Assembly: GCF_018350175.1 (NCBI RefSeq)
Contig: NC_058369.1
Location: 28,274,001-28,338,000 of the forward strand
Reading direction: 5' to 3'
Length of the DNA stretch: 64,000 nucleotides
From: Felis catus
Taxonomy: Eukaryota
Shown here: in pieces, positions 36,906 through 49,948 of the stretch
Numbering within the stretch: the first letter of the stretch is position 1
How the letters are laid out: each line of letters begins with the position of its first letter
Notes under the pieces: generated by a model
The model's database searches: none
Told to the model about the DNA's origin: nothing
What the model saw: only the letters and a program-made list of their open reading frames with translations
Made by a program: the position numbers and the translations under genes

Positions 36906-38705
36906 GTCCAGCTGCTCCTTCGGTACTGGGATCTCTGCGGCTTACCCAGCACACCCAGTGCTGCTTATGTCATGGTCTTCTCTTCATCCTGCTGAGGCTC
37001 ACTGATCCAACAAATGTTCACTGAGTACCTCTGATGGGCCAGCCACTAGGCAAGGCACCTGGTACACAACACTGAAGGTCAGATTTGAAACAAAAAGTCA
37101 TTTCTCCAATGAGAAAGAGGATGACTAGATTTGCCTCTAAACAAAACAGGCTCAGGTAGATATTTATGTTAAAACTAAGATCAAGCCACCTATGGAAATA
37201 TTCAATGAAACCACTAAAGAAGAAATGGCCCCTTAGTCCAAGCTTCTCCTTTTATGTGTGATGAAGGAAGACTTTTATGTGTGATTAGCATCAGAAGAGT
37301 GCCTATTATTTACATAGTACTTTGGCAGCCTGAAGCACTGTTTTGTGTGGTAATGTTCAAGGCCATTCTAGACAAGGTCTAAAGATCTACCTGCCTGAAC
37401 ATCACTACCCCACCACTGAACCACTGAGTCCATCTCCCAGAAAGAAGATGGCTAACAAAAGATATCTGCATAGAACAAACCAGCCGGTAGGTTGGTGTCA
37501 TTCTTGTCCTGAACTTTTAACTGGTTCTACCCATACACCATAGAGATGACAGTCAGTGAAATCTCCCTGGGTGCAGTGTGGTGGGAGGCACTCCAGTTCT
37601 GTTCTAGGCAGTCATCTAAGGCTCCCTTACTTTGCTCCTGCACAGGGTTCTGATCTGCTCCCTGGTCCTGTTCTGCCTACCTTAAGAGCTCTCGGCAACA
37701 TGCCCCATTATTCACCTAACCCTCACCTGCTCTATTTAATGACTTTCACTCACTGAATGGGGTTCAGAAACAATACCTGACAATCATGGCTCCATATCCA
37801 AACCTAGGCCTTCCTCTCCAACTGGCAGCCTAGGTGGGCTCACCAGGCCTTCAGAGAGGAATGGTCAAAGAGAAGAGAGGTCAAACAGAAAGGTCAATTC
37901 TCATGCATAAGAAAGATGAGTTATGAACTAACTGTGAAACTCTAAGTAACATATTCTCTGACCTTCATTCTCCAAATCATTTGAATTGAAAGTCATTGAA
38001 ATTGCCTTACATAGATATAATAATACATGCATGCATTCATCATCGCAGCCAAAATATGTCTTTTATCACAGCCAAAGAAATCTTCTTACCTTCTCCAATT
38101 ATACCAACAGGATTACTCCATCATAAGGTACTTGACCTTGCTAAAACAAACAAAACCAAACCCAAACAAAAATACACCTGTGCTTTGCATTAACAGTAGA
38201 GGATAAATATTGGGTTACAGAATCCTTTTTAACATGAGGGTAAAGATACGTATCCATTGCTTATTAACATCTGTACCCCTTCTACAGCCAGGTCACCTAT
38301 GCCAATACTGAAGAAAAGAAGCTAGGGTGGTGGTAAAGGATCATTGTAGTCCATATACTTCCTCAAGAAGGAGCACCATTTCTCTCCGACTAGCTAAATC
38401 CAAAAAAAAAAAAATCTGTGAAAAAAACCCAAATGCTCTTATAAAAACTTTAAGACTCGATGACAAAGCATGGCACACAGACCAGCATCTACTCACACGA
38501 TAGTAGACATTATTAAGCAATCACAGAACTCTTTCCACTGTGTCTATACATAGCCTGCAAATGCCTCCCACTATAGCATCTCAAGTAAATGTTGGCAACA
38601 GATCATACTTGGCATGAATGATAAAAGCTATTTGAAATCCCTGCATTATGAGACTGACTCTATTACCCTCACTGCCATTTTGAGTACTAAGAATTAAAAA
38701 TATCT

Positions 38706-38822
38706 GGGTGCTGTGTGGTTCAGTCAGTTAAGTGTCCGACTTCAGCTCAGATCATGTTCTCACAGTTCATGGGTTCAAGCCCCACACCTGGTTCTGCACT
38801 GACAGTGCAGAGCCTGCTTGGG

Positions 38823-38874
<52 letters not shown>

Positions 38875-38970
38875 CCTCTTTCTCTCCCTCTTTCTCTACC
38901 CTTCCCCTACTCACAAGGGCATGCACGTGCTCTCTTTCTCTATAAAAAATAAAGAAAATACCCTTAAAAA
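38706..38970 (+). mobile_element. CAN-SINE with (CT)n expansion
   Basis: TSD AAGAATTAA(A/G)AATATC on both sides. Confidence 0.93.
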
Positions 38971-39537
38971 AAGAATTAAGAATATCAAAATGTCATTACT
39001 TACATAAAATAAAATAGGAAGGTGATCCTCCCTGTAGGAACAGCGTTCTGAATATTAATAAAATATTTCAACCCTGAAACTTCCAGAACTTTCTTTTTTA
39101 CCACTCTAGTGACTGACTTTTGCTCCCCCTGCCCCCTCTTCCCTTTCTAAAGCATAAAGGCCACTCCTAGGTCAGAAGAGTTTCAGGTTGAGTTCTGGCC
39201 AAACGTTGTGGCATCTAAGAGTCTTGCTTCACAGTATGAGCATCATGTTGAGACAGGGGTGTCAGTGCAGAGTGAGAGAGAAGCAAAGTCAGCCTCTACT
39301 GCTGAGCTGGGAGAGTGGGTCTGAAGGTAAGCAGGAAGCCTGGGGAGGGCTGTAGTGGGAGGCAGGCTGGGAGCAAGGTGACCAACAAAGGTGCCAAGAG
39401 AATGGAGTTAAAGGAACAATGGCGCACATGAGTAATTCTTGGGCTTTAGCAAATAAATGTGAAAACCGTGGCTCTCAAATGAAGAGCTCCTTTTCATGGA
39501 TTTGGGCATGTCTTTTCTGACTACAAATACCTTTCCT

Positions 39538-39730
39538 GGGGTACCTGGGTGGCTCATTTGTTTGAGCTCCCAACTGTTGATTTCAGCTCTGGTCATGATC
39601 CCATGCTCATGGGATCGAGCCCCGCGTTAAACTCTGTGCGGAGTGTGGAGCCTGCTTGGGATTCTCTCTCCCTGTGCACCTTCCCCCGCTCATACACACA
39701 TTCTCTCTCTCTGAAAGAAAAAATAATTTA
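39538..39730 (+). mobile_element. Older CAN-SINE
   Basis: GGGGTACCTGGGTGGCTCA...GGGATCGAGCCCCGCG; TSD-like CTTTCCT. Confidence 0.92.
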
Positions 39731-39733
39731 AAT

Positions 39734-39880
39734 CTTTCCTTTCTCTACCCTCCAGTCCTTCTCTTCTTCCTGTACACTCCATCCTCTTCTCCTTCATCCT
39801 CCTTCCCACCCCCTCCTTTTTAACTTCCATTTCTTCCTTTCTTTTGCTCTCTTTTATCGTTCCTTCTTCCCTTTCCCTGT
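39734..39880 (+). repeat. C/T-rich low-complexity tract
   Basis: About 145 bp that is mostly pyrimidine. Confidence 0.8.
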
Positions 39881-41169
39881 TATTGTGTCTTGTCCAAGTT
39901 TAGACAGCTGTGCCCACCAGCCCCTTGTGGCTAAGGTACTTGTAGGCTATTCCCCATGCAGCACAGCATAGAGAGGACTCAAGGGTCAGAGGCTGGTGGG
40001 GTTCCCAGATGCTACAAAGCAGAGGAGAGGGGAGGCCACCTGAGGGAAGGAAGCAGTGAGGTAGTAAGCAGAGATGGAGAGGGTGTGTGCATGTCCATAA
40101 ACAGGATCAACAAAGTCCCAAATGGTGTCACAGTAAAGTTAGCAAATAACCAAGAGAGTAGAAAACTATCAGGCAGGGAGTAATGCAGCTGGAAAAAAAG
40201 AGAGAGAGAGAAATAGGAGGCAAGTAGGCAAAGCAGCAGCATTAATAAGCAGCCATGACTGGAAATCGACCTGGGGGATAAATGTCAACAAGGAGGTGCA
40301 CACCAAGGGTAGAAAGCAAAAACCAAAGTGACAAACTATGGCTCTGTAAGACTGGATACACAAAAACAGAGGTGTGCCGATTACGTGGCATGTGAGGAAC
40401 TCGGTACACGTTTCGTTTTATTTGAATTTTTGTATGTTAATTTCAGTTAGGAAATAGAATTGTTAGTCTGAGATTTAAAAATAACTTGTATCAATTTGGG
40501 AGCCAAGATAAAACCAAACGCCCATTCTAGTCTGACTATAATGTGGACTGACAGCACAGAAATTCTGTGTGAAACCCACCCGATTGGACCTGAAGGTCAA
40601 CCCCATCATAACGGGGTGCCTCAGAGAGCCATTCTTCCTAACTAGTTATCGATTTGTAAAAAATCATGAGTGTCTTATATCAAATGACTGCTCCTGAATT
40701 GTTACCTTGTATCAACAGAGAGTAAATATTGGCATTTTCATATGGCAATCTTCTATTTGGGAATAATCTAGCCTTCCTGGAGGGACAGAAATAAAGCACA
40801 TAACAGTCATTTACCAATCATATAATATTAGACACCAGTAATTTGTCATTCACTGCAGTGTTCTAGAATCATTAGAGGAGACATTCAACTGCTCTCAGAC
40901 ATGCAAGGTATGATCATATAGGAAATGCGATTCTGCAGGCTGAATGTACCAAGTCTGGACTAAGGTTTCATGACTCTAGACTGAAAGTTAATGACCAGTG
41001 CAAACCACCAGGCTACTACAGTAAAAGAGCAGCAGTAAAAAGAGCCTAATAAATCAAAATTTTAAATGGCATATTCATTTTAGTTACAGTCATTACAGCA
41101 AAGTGATGGCCCAATTTACTTACACAGCGGGTTACATTGATCATAACAGCAATATTTTAAGTGATATTA

Positions 41170-41345
41170 TCCATTAATTAATTAAGCAAATATTTGATTA
41201 GTACCTACTATGTGCACAATGCTCTTCCAGATGATATGAGGCATATGCAGACTTTATAAAAGAGATCATCTCTGCCTCCAAGAGCCTTGTAATCCAATAG
41301 GGAAAGAAGACCTTTTGCAGACTTGTGTACAAAGATAAGTATGAC
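41170..41345 (-). mobile_element. L2 3' fragment
   Basis: CAAATATTTGATTAGTACCTACTATGTGC...CTCTGCCTCCAAGAGCCTTGTAATCCAATAGGG. Confidence 0.7.
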
Positions 41346-42239
41346 TGCATAATATAAGAGGTAGACAAAGAGCATGATTCAAGACTATAAAAAGTGATAT
41401 GACTTATCTAGTCACTTTATAGGGAATGTCAGGTAAAGTTGTATGTAAAAAATCATTTGCACATATATGAAAGAAAAAAACAGACTTTGGAGAAGCCAAA
41501 ATCGCAAGGAAAGGATGTCCAGTCATAAAAACAAGTAACATAGATGTGCTGAATGATCTGTTGTCAACCAAGAATCACCAACTCCTTTGCAATCTACAAT
41601 GCAAAGTTGATAGTGGGGATTATGTTTCCCAGAATAATACCCTTCCCTGACTCACTGGAGTCAGCCAATGAGAAAACAGTGAGATGTGGAAAGTGAAGAG
41701 ATGGTGAAGTTAGCCCTAGAAGTCACATAAGTGTGTGCAAATGAGATCTTTTTCACTGTTGTACACTAAGAGTGGGTTAGAGTGGAGTGGTTAATTCAAT
41801 ATGGCCCTGCTTTCTGTATTGAAACGGTAATCTATCTCTGAGTTACTAACACCCTTGCCACTGAGTCACAATTATGGAAACTGCCATTGCCAAGATTCTT
41901 CTTTTTCACGTGCTTTATTTGCATGTTAGTTGACTTAAATATGTATATACTATATTGTCACCTGTTTGAATGTCTATAGGACCTATTAAGATCTCATCTG
42001 TTATAAACTCACCCCAGTTGTTTTGGTGTTTGCTCTATTTAATTCACTATATGAGTAAGCGTATTTTCAAATATAAATAAAAGTAATTCTAAACCACAAT
42101 GCAAATTCACAAAAGCCACACCAGGTGTCAAAGTATTTCATCACATTTAATGATTACAATGTGTGTAAGTATGCTGAATCACTTTCTCCTGCATCCCTTT
42201 TGATTTTTGTTTGAATTATACAAGCAATAGCCTCTTGAA

Positions 42240-42409
42240 AGTAGTAAGTGACTATAGCAGAGGTACAGGATTTGAAATTAAAAACACAGTATCGTTTACA
42301 TTAATATAAAAAAATGCAATACTTAGATATAAATTAAACAAAATATGTCCAAGATACATATGAGAAAAACTAGGAAACTCTGATTCTGAAAGAAATCAAA
42401 GCAAATCGA

Positions 42410-42447
<38 letters not shown>

Positions 42448-44322
42448 TTTCATGTAAATTGATAGGAACACTCAATATTGTCAAGATGTCAGTTCTTCCC
42501 AACTTAATCTGCAGATTCAGTGCAAACCCAATAAAAATCCCAGCAAGCTATTTTGTGGATACCAACAAACTGATTCGAAAGTTTATATGGAAAGGCAAAA
42601 GATCAAGAATATCCAACACAGTATCAAAGAACAGCAGAGTGAAAAGACTGACACTACTGAACTTCCAGACTTACTACAAATCTACAATAACCAAGACAGT
42701 GTGGTATTGGCAAAAGGACAGACAAATAGATCAGTGGGGGATAATTGAGAGCCCAGAAACAGAACCACAGAAATACAGTCATGAGATCTTTGACAAAGGA
42801 GCAAAGGCAATAAAACTGTAAGACTCCTATAAATAACATAGGGGAAAAGCTAGATGTTCTTGGGTATGGTGATGACTTTTTAGATAGAACATCAAAGGCA
42901 TGATCCATGAAGAAGATAATTGATAAGCTGGACTTCATTAAAATTAAAAACTTCTGTTCTGTGAAAGTCCCTGACAAGAGAATGAGAAGACAAGCCACAG
43001 ATTAGAACAAAACCTTTGCAAAAGACACATCTGATAAAGAACGGTTATCCAAAATAAACAAAGAACTCTTGAAATTCAGCAATAAAGGGGCGCCTGGGTG
43101 GCGCAGTCGGTTGAGCGTCCGACTTCGGCCAGGTCACGATCTCGCGGTCCGTGAGTTCGAGACCCGTGTCAGGCTCTGGGCTGATGGCTCAGAGCCTGGA
43201 GCCTGTTTCTGATTCTGTGTCTCCCTCTCTCTCTGCCCCTCCCCCGTTCATGCTCTGTCTCTCTCTGTCCCAAAAATAAATAAACGTTGAAAAAAAAATT
43301 CAGCAATAAGAAAATTAACTATCTAACTAAAAAATGGGCAAAACACTTGAACAGACACTCACCAAAGAACAGATGGCAAATATACATATGAAAAGATGCC
43401 ATCAGAAGTCATTAGTGAATGGCAAGTTAAAATAACAATGAGATACCATTATACATTTATTAAAATGATGAAAATCCAAAACATTGACACCACCAAAACC
43501 TGGAGAGGGTATGGAGCAATAGGAACTCTCATTTATTGCTAGATGGAATGCTAAATGCTATAGCCACTTTGGAAGAGAGTCTGGCAGTTTCAAACTAAAC
43601 ATATTCTTACTAAATGATCCAACAACCATATTCTTTGATATTTATCCAAATGAGTTGAAAACTTATGTATATACAAAACCTTCAAACAAATGTTTAAAGC
43701 AGCTTTAAATTGTTAAAATCATAATTGCTAAAACTCATAATTCATAATTGCCAAAACGTGGATGCAACTAAGATATCCGTCAGTAGCTAAGTGGATAAAC
43801 AAACTGGTACCTCCAGACAAGAGAATATTATTCAGTGCTAAGAGAAATGAGCCTTAAAGCCATGAAAAGACATGGGGGAACCTTAAATGCATATTACTGA
43901 GTGAAAGAACCCAATCCAAAAAGCCTACACAATGTATGATTCCAACTACATGACATTTTGGAAAAGACAAAACTATGGAGATAGTGGTTGCCAGGGTTCA
44001 GGGGAAAGAAGGGAAGGATAAATAGATGAGGCAAAGGGGATTTTTAGGGAAATGAAACTACTCTGTGTGACACTATAGTGTTGGATACATGGCATTAAAC
44101 ATTTGTCAAAATCCATAGAATACACAATACTAAGAGTGAATCCTAATGAAAATGACAAACTTTAGTGAATAATAATAAATCAAAACTGGCTTATCATCTG
44201 TAATAAATGTGCCTCTCATACTAACACAATGACAGGGGAAAGTGAGGACTATGATGAAAACTATACACTGTTTGCTCAATTTTTCTATAAATCTAAAACT
44301 TCTCTAAAAAGAGTCTTTTAAT
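42240..44322 (+). mobile_element. LINE-1 (L1MC1/2-like): ORF2 C-terminal remnant and 3' UTR
   Basis: ORF 42459-42821 reads LNIVKMSVLPNLICRFSANPIKIP...YYKSTITKTVWYWQKDRQIDQW, the L1 ORF2p post-RT region; L1MC-type 3' UTR; internal deletion near 42815; non-functional. Confidence 0.92.
43087..43295 (+). mobile_element. CAN-SINE (young SINEC_Fc type) nested in L1
   Basis: Perfect TSD AAATTCAGCAATAA (43072-43085, 43296-43309); CpG-rich head. Confidence 0.97.
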
Positions 44323-44324
44323 TT

Positions 44325-44543
44325 GGGGGCACCTGGGTGGCTCAGTTGGTTAAGCATCTGACTTCAGCTCAGGTCATGATCTCATGGCTTATGAGTCTGA
44401 GCCCTGTGTCAGACTCTGTGCTATCACCAGACTATCTGTACAGGCTATCTGTAGCCTGCTTCAGATTCTGTGTCTCCCTCTCTTCTGTCCCTCCCCTGCT
44501 CAAGCTCTGTCTCTCCCAAAAATACATACACACATTAAAAAAA
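44325..44543 (+). mobile_element. CAN-SINE at the L1 tail, with internal rearrangement
   Basis: GGGGCACCTGGGTGGCTCAGTTGGTTAAGC start. Confidence 0.92.
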
Positions 44544-44679
44544 GACAGCTACATGGTCTGACAGTTAAACTGTAGAGAAAATTGACCATTTGACTACACA
44601 GGCAGTATACCAATGGAGTGTCCATTGTATACGGTGGATAACGCTTTTCATATTTACTAATGACTTTAGCCCGTGGGAT

Positions 44680-44830
44680 GATACACACTGTAGGGATTGT
44701 TAACTCCATTTTAGAGGCAAGAAAACTGAGGTTCATGGAGGTTAAATAACTTGCTCAAAATAATCTGAATCACTGGTAATGGAGCTGAAAATCAAAACCC
44801 AGTCAAGCCTCCAAATCTCATGGTACCATC
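44680..44830 (-). mobile_element. MIR fragment
   Basis: CCATTTTAGAGGCAAGAAAACTGAGGTTCATGGAGGTTAAATAACTTGCTCAA. Confidence 0.8.
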
Positions 44831-45984
44831 CCAAAGTACCTTCAACAGTTAACAAGCACCCACTGGCCCTTTTATCACAGTCCCAATTGGCTGAAAATGC
44901 CATTTTCATCCAACAAGGACAGGATCATATCCATATCTTAGTCAATATTAGGGCTGCATCTTTCCCTTTCCTTAAAGTGAACCTCATTTAATCACATGGA
45001 TTGCTTAAAGGTAAAATTGTAGACAGGGTTTTTACACAATGTGGTGCTCAGTTGCTTAGGAAACTGTTTTTGTCATTAGGTGGACAGGACTAACACTGTT
45101 AAGTGAGGGAAAGGCAGAGGGGAATATATAGTAAATCCAGTGTTTATATGAATTTCATCCACAGGGAGTATAGCAAAATAATCACAATTCAATGGAAAAA
45201 GGAGCTTTTGAGTGGGTTGTGAAATAAGCTATTAAGTCATGCAAATAAATCCAATGTCAACACCTCAGCCTGGGCTGATTGGATTCATGCATTGGAACTC
45301 ATACTTCATGAGGATTTAAGACCCCTGATGTTCTCAGGGGTTTATTCTATTGTTGTTCATTTGGATTTCTGGGTTTTCTTTTAGGGGGAGGGGATTAGAG
45401 AGAAGGCATGCCTGCTTTAAGGTGGGAAGCTCATGAGAAAGGGAAGCTGTGTGTTACAAGGGCTGAAAAAGTGTATTATCGCAAGACTTTATCAGTAGTT
45501 ACTGCCTTTACCATTTCTGAGCCCTGTGCTCTAGAAAAGTATCCTCTCTTCTTCCATGTAACCTACCCATCTAACTGTCCCATGAGACACATCTGCCCAA
45601 CCAGACAGAGACCCAACAGATAATTCAGAAGGGATCCTCACCCATGAGTTGGAGATGTTGCTGTTGTCAGCAGAGATGTTAACCTGCAAGTGGCTGCAAG
45701 TAGCCTTTCCCCTAGGCAGCCCATCCAGGAGCATTGCGAGACTTTGCCTATCTTAGGCAAGGCCCCATCTACAGTGCCTAACCCAGCACCTGGTGCACAT
45801 AGTAGACGTCCAACAAATACTCATTAATCTGTTACATGAGTGAGAAATTACCCTGTATTCTGTTATATAGTTGCATAGCTGCATCTATTTGATACCAAAG
45901 TTTAGCCTCCTCTGACTAAAGGACCATGCTTGTATTCCCAGTACCAAGCAAAAGTCCTCCTGACTTGAAAAACAATTGTGTTAA

Positions 45985-46165
45985 GTAGCATGCTCATTTA
46001 ATTCTATGTAATACCTACATAAATATATATTCTCATTTTACAGATGAGAAATCCGGACTTCAGAGAAATCAAGTTATCCAGGTACACTCCCAAAGCTAAT
46101 AGAGGATAGAACCAGGATTTAGATCCCACTCCGTTTTGGCTGCAAACTGTATGTCCTTTTCATCT
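45985..46165 (-). mobile_element. MIR fragment
   Basis: CTCATTTTACAGATGAGAAATCCGGACTTCAGAGA. Confidence 0.75.
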
Positions 46166-46559
46166 GTGTTCTACCCTAAAATGTATCACTCAGTGGCAGA
46201 TACCAATATTTAAATCCAGAACCTTTCTGACTTATGAAGGACTGCTGTGTGAAAGACATTGGAAGCTTCAGAGATTCAGTTTACTCGGAACAGAAGAACA
46301 AGCATGATATAATAATACTGGTGAAATATGAATGGAACGGTAGTTAGAAATGGATCCTCATGGTGGTAAAATTCTGAAAAGAGCAACAAAGTCCTCCTTA
46401 TGGAGTGTCTTCAGGAGAGCACTGCCTACCTACATATCTGTTCCACTTGATTGGTCTTAACTTGCCTGATGCCAGGTGGAGGGAATGCAAGTCTTCTCTC
46501 AGGATCAATGTCTCCCTCTCTGCCTCACTCCCCTCCCCTCTTCCTTCAGTATCTCCTAT

Positions 46560-47070
46560 ACACCAGGCAGTGTGTTGCAAAATAATGAATGAGACAGTTT
46601 TTGTTGCTGTTATTTTTTTAATCCTATAACACATAGAGAATAGTTGGACCAAAACATGGTTAAGGCAGTTCAAGTAATGGAGAGAGAAACTCAGCCACAG
46701 CATGGTCTGAAGAGCTGTCTTGGCTAAGCCTTAGTGTAGTCAGGAGTCTGGGTATGCAGAGAACTTCATGCAATTTAGTACTGCCAGAACATAAAGCAAG
46801 AAGAAAGGAGCGGTGAGAGATGAGCAGCTTGACAAGCTTTGGTGTCATCTTGACAGTGATAGATGGAAATCTGGAGAGCTTAGGCAGAGGAATGACAAAG
46901 TTTAGAAAGTTCTTACAGCAGCTATATGCTTGAGTGGAATTGGACAAAAGGCCAGGGGGCCAAGTTAGGAAGCTGGTACAGAGCCTCAGGAAAATATAGG
47001 AACCTGAATGGAGAACCAGGATTGATTTGACTATGATTCAGAAAGTTAAATATTTTAGGAGGATGGGAGA
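46560..47070 (-). mobile_element. L2 fragment, degraded
   Basis: ACCAGGCAGTGTGTTG...ATGAATGAGACAG...GGCAGAGGAATGACAAAG...CAAGTTAGGAAGCTG. Confidence 0.55.
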
Positions 47071-47234
47071 GGAGTTTATCATGGAGACAAATAATAAACT
47101 AGCAAAATGGCAGAATAATAACTGGGCATATAGATTATTAAGGAAGTTACTAAGCAATGTTGACAATTTTAAGTATGCTCATGATATACATGACTAGGGC
47201 TTTCTATTGTCCAACGTGTGGTCAGTTTTGATGA

Positions 47235-49893
47235 GCTTCTCTGTCTTAACATAATGTTTTCAAGGTTCATCCATGTTGTAGTAAGCATCAGTGTTTAATT
47301 TCTTTTTATTGCCAAATAATATTCCATTGAAAGGATATACCACAGTTTATTTACATACTCATCAGTTGACGAACACTTGAGTTGTTTCTACTTTTTGACA
47401 AGTATACTGTTATGAACATTCATGTACAAGTTTTTGTACGCATGCATATTTTCATATCTCTTGAATGTATATTTAGGAGTGGAACTATTAAATTATATGA
47501 TATCACTATATTTAACCTCTTTAGTAACTGTTTTCCCAAGTTTCTGCACCAATTTACTTCCCCATCAGCAGTGTATAAGGGTTCCAATTTCTCTACATCC
47601 TCCATTTGTTTATAACCATTCCAGTGAGTGTGATGTGCTGTCTCACTGTGGTTTTGATTTGCATTTCCTTGATAGCTAATAATTTTAAGCATCTTCCCAT
47701 GATCTGATTATTTATATATCCTTTTTGGATAAATATCTATTCAGGTCCTTTGACCATTTTTAATTGGGTTGTCTCTAAATTATTATATATATTTGATATT
47801 TTACAGATTTCACATAAATATATACTACACACATATATATTATATGTAATATATATAATGCATATATATTTCATTATATATTTAGATACAACTCACTTAC
47901 CAGATATATCATGTGTAAGTATTCTCTCTTATTCTGTGGACCATCTTTTCACTCTTTTGATGGAATCTTCTAAAGCACAAAAGTTTTAATTTCAATGATA
48001 TTCATCTATTTTTCCTTTTGTTGCTAATGCTTTTAATGTATCAAAAAAAAATCATTGCCTAATCCAAAGTCAAGAAGACTCATGGTTATGTTTTCTCCTA
48101 AGAGTTTTACATCTTTAGCCTTTACATTTGGGTCTTTGATCAATTTTGAGGTAATTTTTGAATACAGTGTGAGGTAGGGTTCCAACTTCAGTCTTTGGCA
48201 TGTGGATATACACTTGTACATACAATTTGTGGAGAATATTATTCTTTCTCTATTGAACTGTTTGGCAGACTAGTTGATAATCATTCACAGTAAACATGAG
48301 GGTTTATTTCTGGACTCTCACTTCCATTCCATTGAACTATATGTCTATCCCAGTAGCACACTATCCTGATTACTATAGATTTGTGAGTTTTGAAATCAAG
48401 AAGTCCTTCATCATTATTTTAGTCAATTCTGCCAAGAAGCCAGCTGGGACTCTGATAGGGACTGCATTCATTTTGTAGGTCATTTCAGGGACTACTGCCA
48501 TTTCAACACTATTACTTCCAATACATGATTCTTCAACAATGTTATATAGATTCAGACTAAAATTTTACACTTATTTTGTTAAATTTATCCCTAAGTATTT
48601 TATTCTTTTTGATGTCACAGTAAATAATTTTTTTTTCTTAATTCTTTTCCTTATTGTTCATTTGCCAGAGTATAGAAATACAATTGTTTTTGTATATTGA
48701 TATTGTATCCAGCAAATTTTCTGAACTTGTTTACTATTTTTAACAGTTTTTTAGTGGATACTTAGGATTGGTACATACAAGATCATGTCATCTGCAAATA
48801 AGAAATAGCTTTTCTTCATTCTGAATCTGGATGCTTTTTATTGCTTTTTCTTGCCTAACTGCCCTGACTATAACCTCCAGTACAATATTGAATGGAAGTG
48901 ATGAGAGCAAATATCTTTGTGTCCTTCCTGATCTTACAGGAAATGCATTCAGTCTTTCACCATTAATTATGATGTTAACTGTGAGGTTTTAGCATATGCT
49001 CTTTATCAGGCTAAGGAAGTTCCCTACTATCATAGTTTATTGACTACTGTTATTATAAAGAAGTACTTTTTAAAAATATTTTTCTCTGCATCTATTCATA
49101 TAATAATGTGCTTTCTTTTATTCTACTGATACGGTATATTATACTAATTGATTTTCAGATATTTATCCAAACTTGCTTTCCTGCATTAAATCCCATTTGG
49201 TCATGATGTATAATTCATTTTAGATGTTACTGGATTTGATTTGCTAGTATTTTGTCGAGGATTTTTGTGTCTATATTCCATAGAGATATTGGTATGTAGA
49301 TTTCTTTCCTTGTCATATCTTCATAGTGGCCTCAGAGAATGCAGACAAAGTGCACTTTCCTTTTCATTTTTTGAAAAGTGTATGAAGAATTGGTGTTAAC
49401 TCTTTTTAAATGTTTGGTAGAATCACTAGTAAAGCTATCTGTGCCTGGGTTTTTCTTGGTGGGTCATTTTTAAATTGCTAATTCAATCTCTTTACTTGTA
49501 TGAGTTTACTCCTATTTCATATTTCTTCTCGAGTCAGTTTTAGCAGTTTTTATCTTTTGAGCATTTTGTGCATTTCATCTAATTTGTTGGCATACATGTG
49601 TTCATGATATTACCTTATAATACTTGTTTCTTTCTATAAGGTCAGTAGTAATGTCCCCTCTTTCATGTCCAATTTTGGTAATTTGAGTCTTCTCTCTTTT
49701 CTCTTTGGTCAGTTGAGAAAAAGGTTTGTCATTTTTGCCGATCTTTTCAAAGAAAGAAATTTTGCTTATTTGATTTTCTATTTTATTTACTTCTGCTCTA
49801 ATCCTTATTTCTATCCTTCTGTTTACTTTGGGTTAATTTTGCTTTTGTTTCTGCAATTTCTTAAGGTGAAAGAATAGATTACTGATTTGAGAT

Positions 49894-49948
<55 letters not shown>

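Noticed and set aside
42459..42821. 120-aa ORF with real protein homology
   Set aside because: Remnant of L1 ORF2p with a non-ATG start and disrupted flanks; not a host gene or an active element
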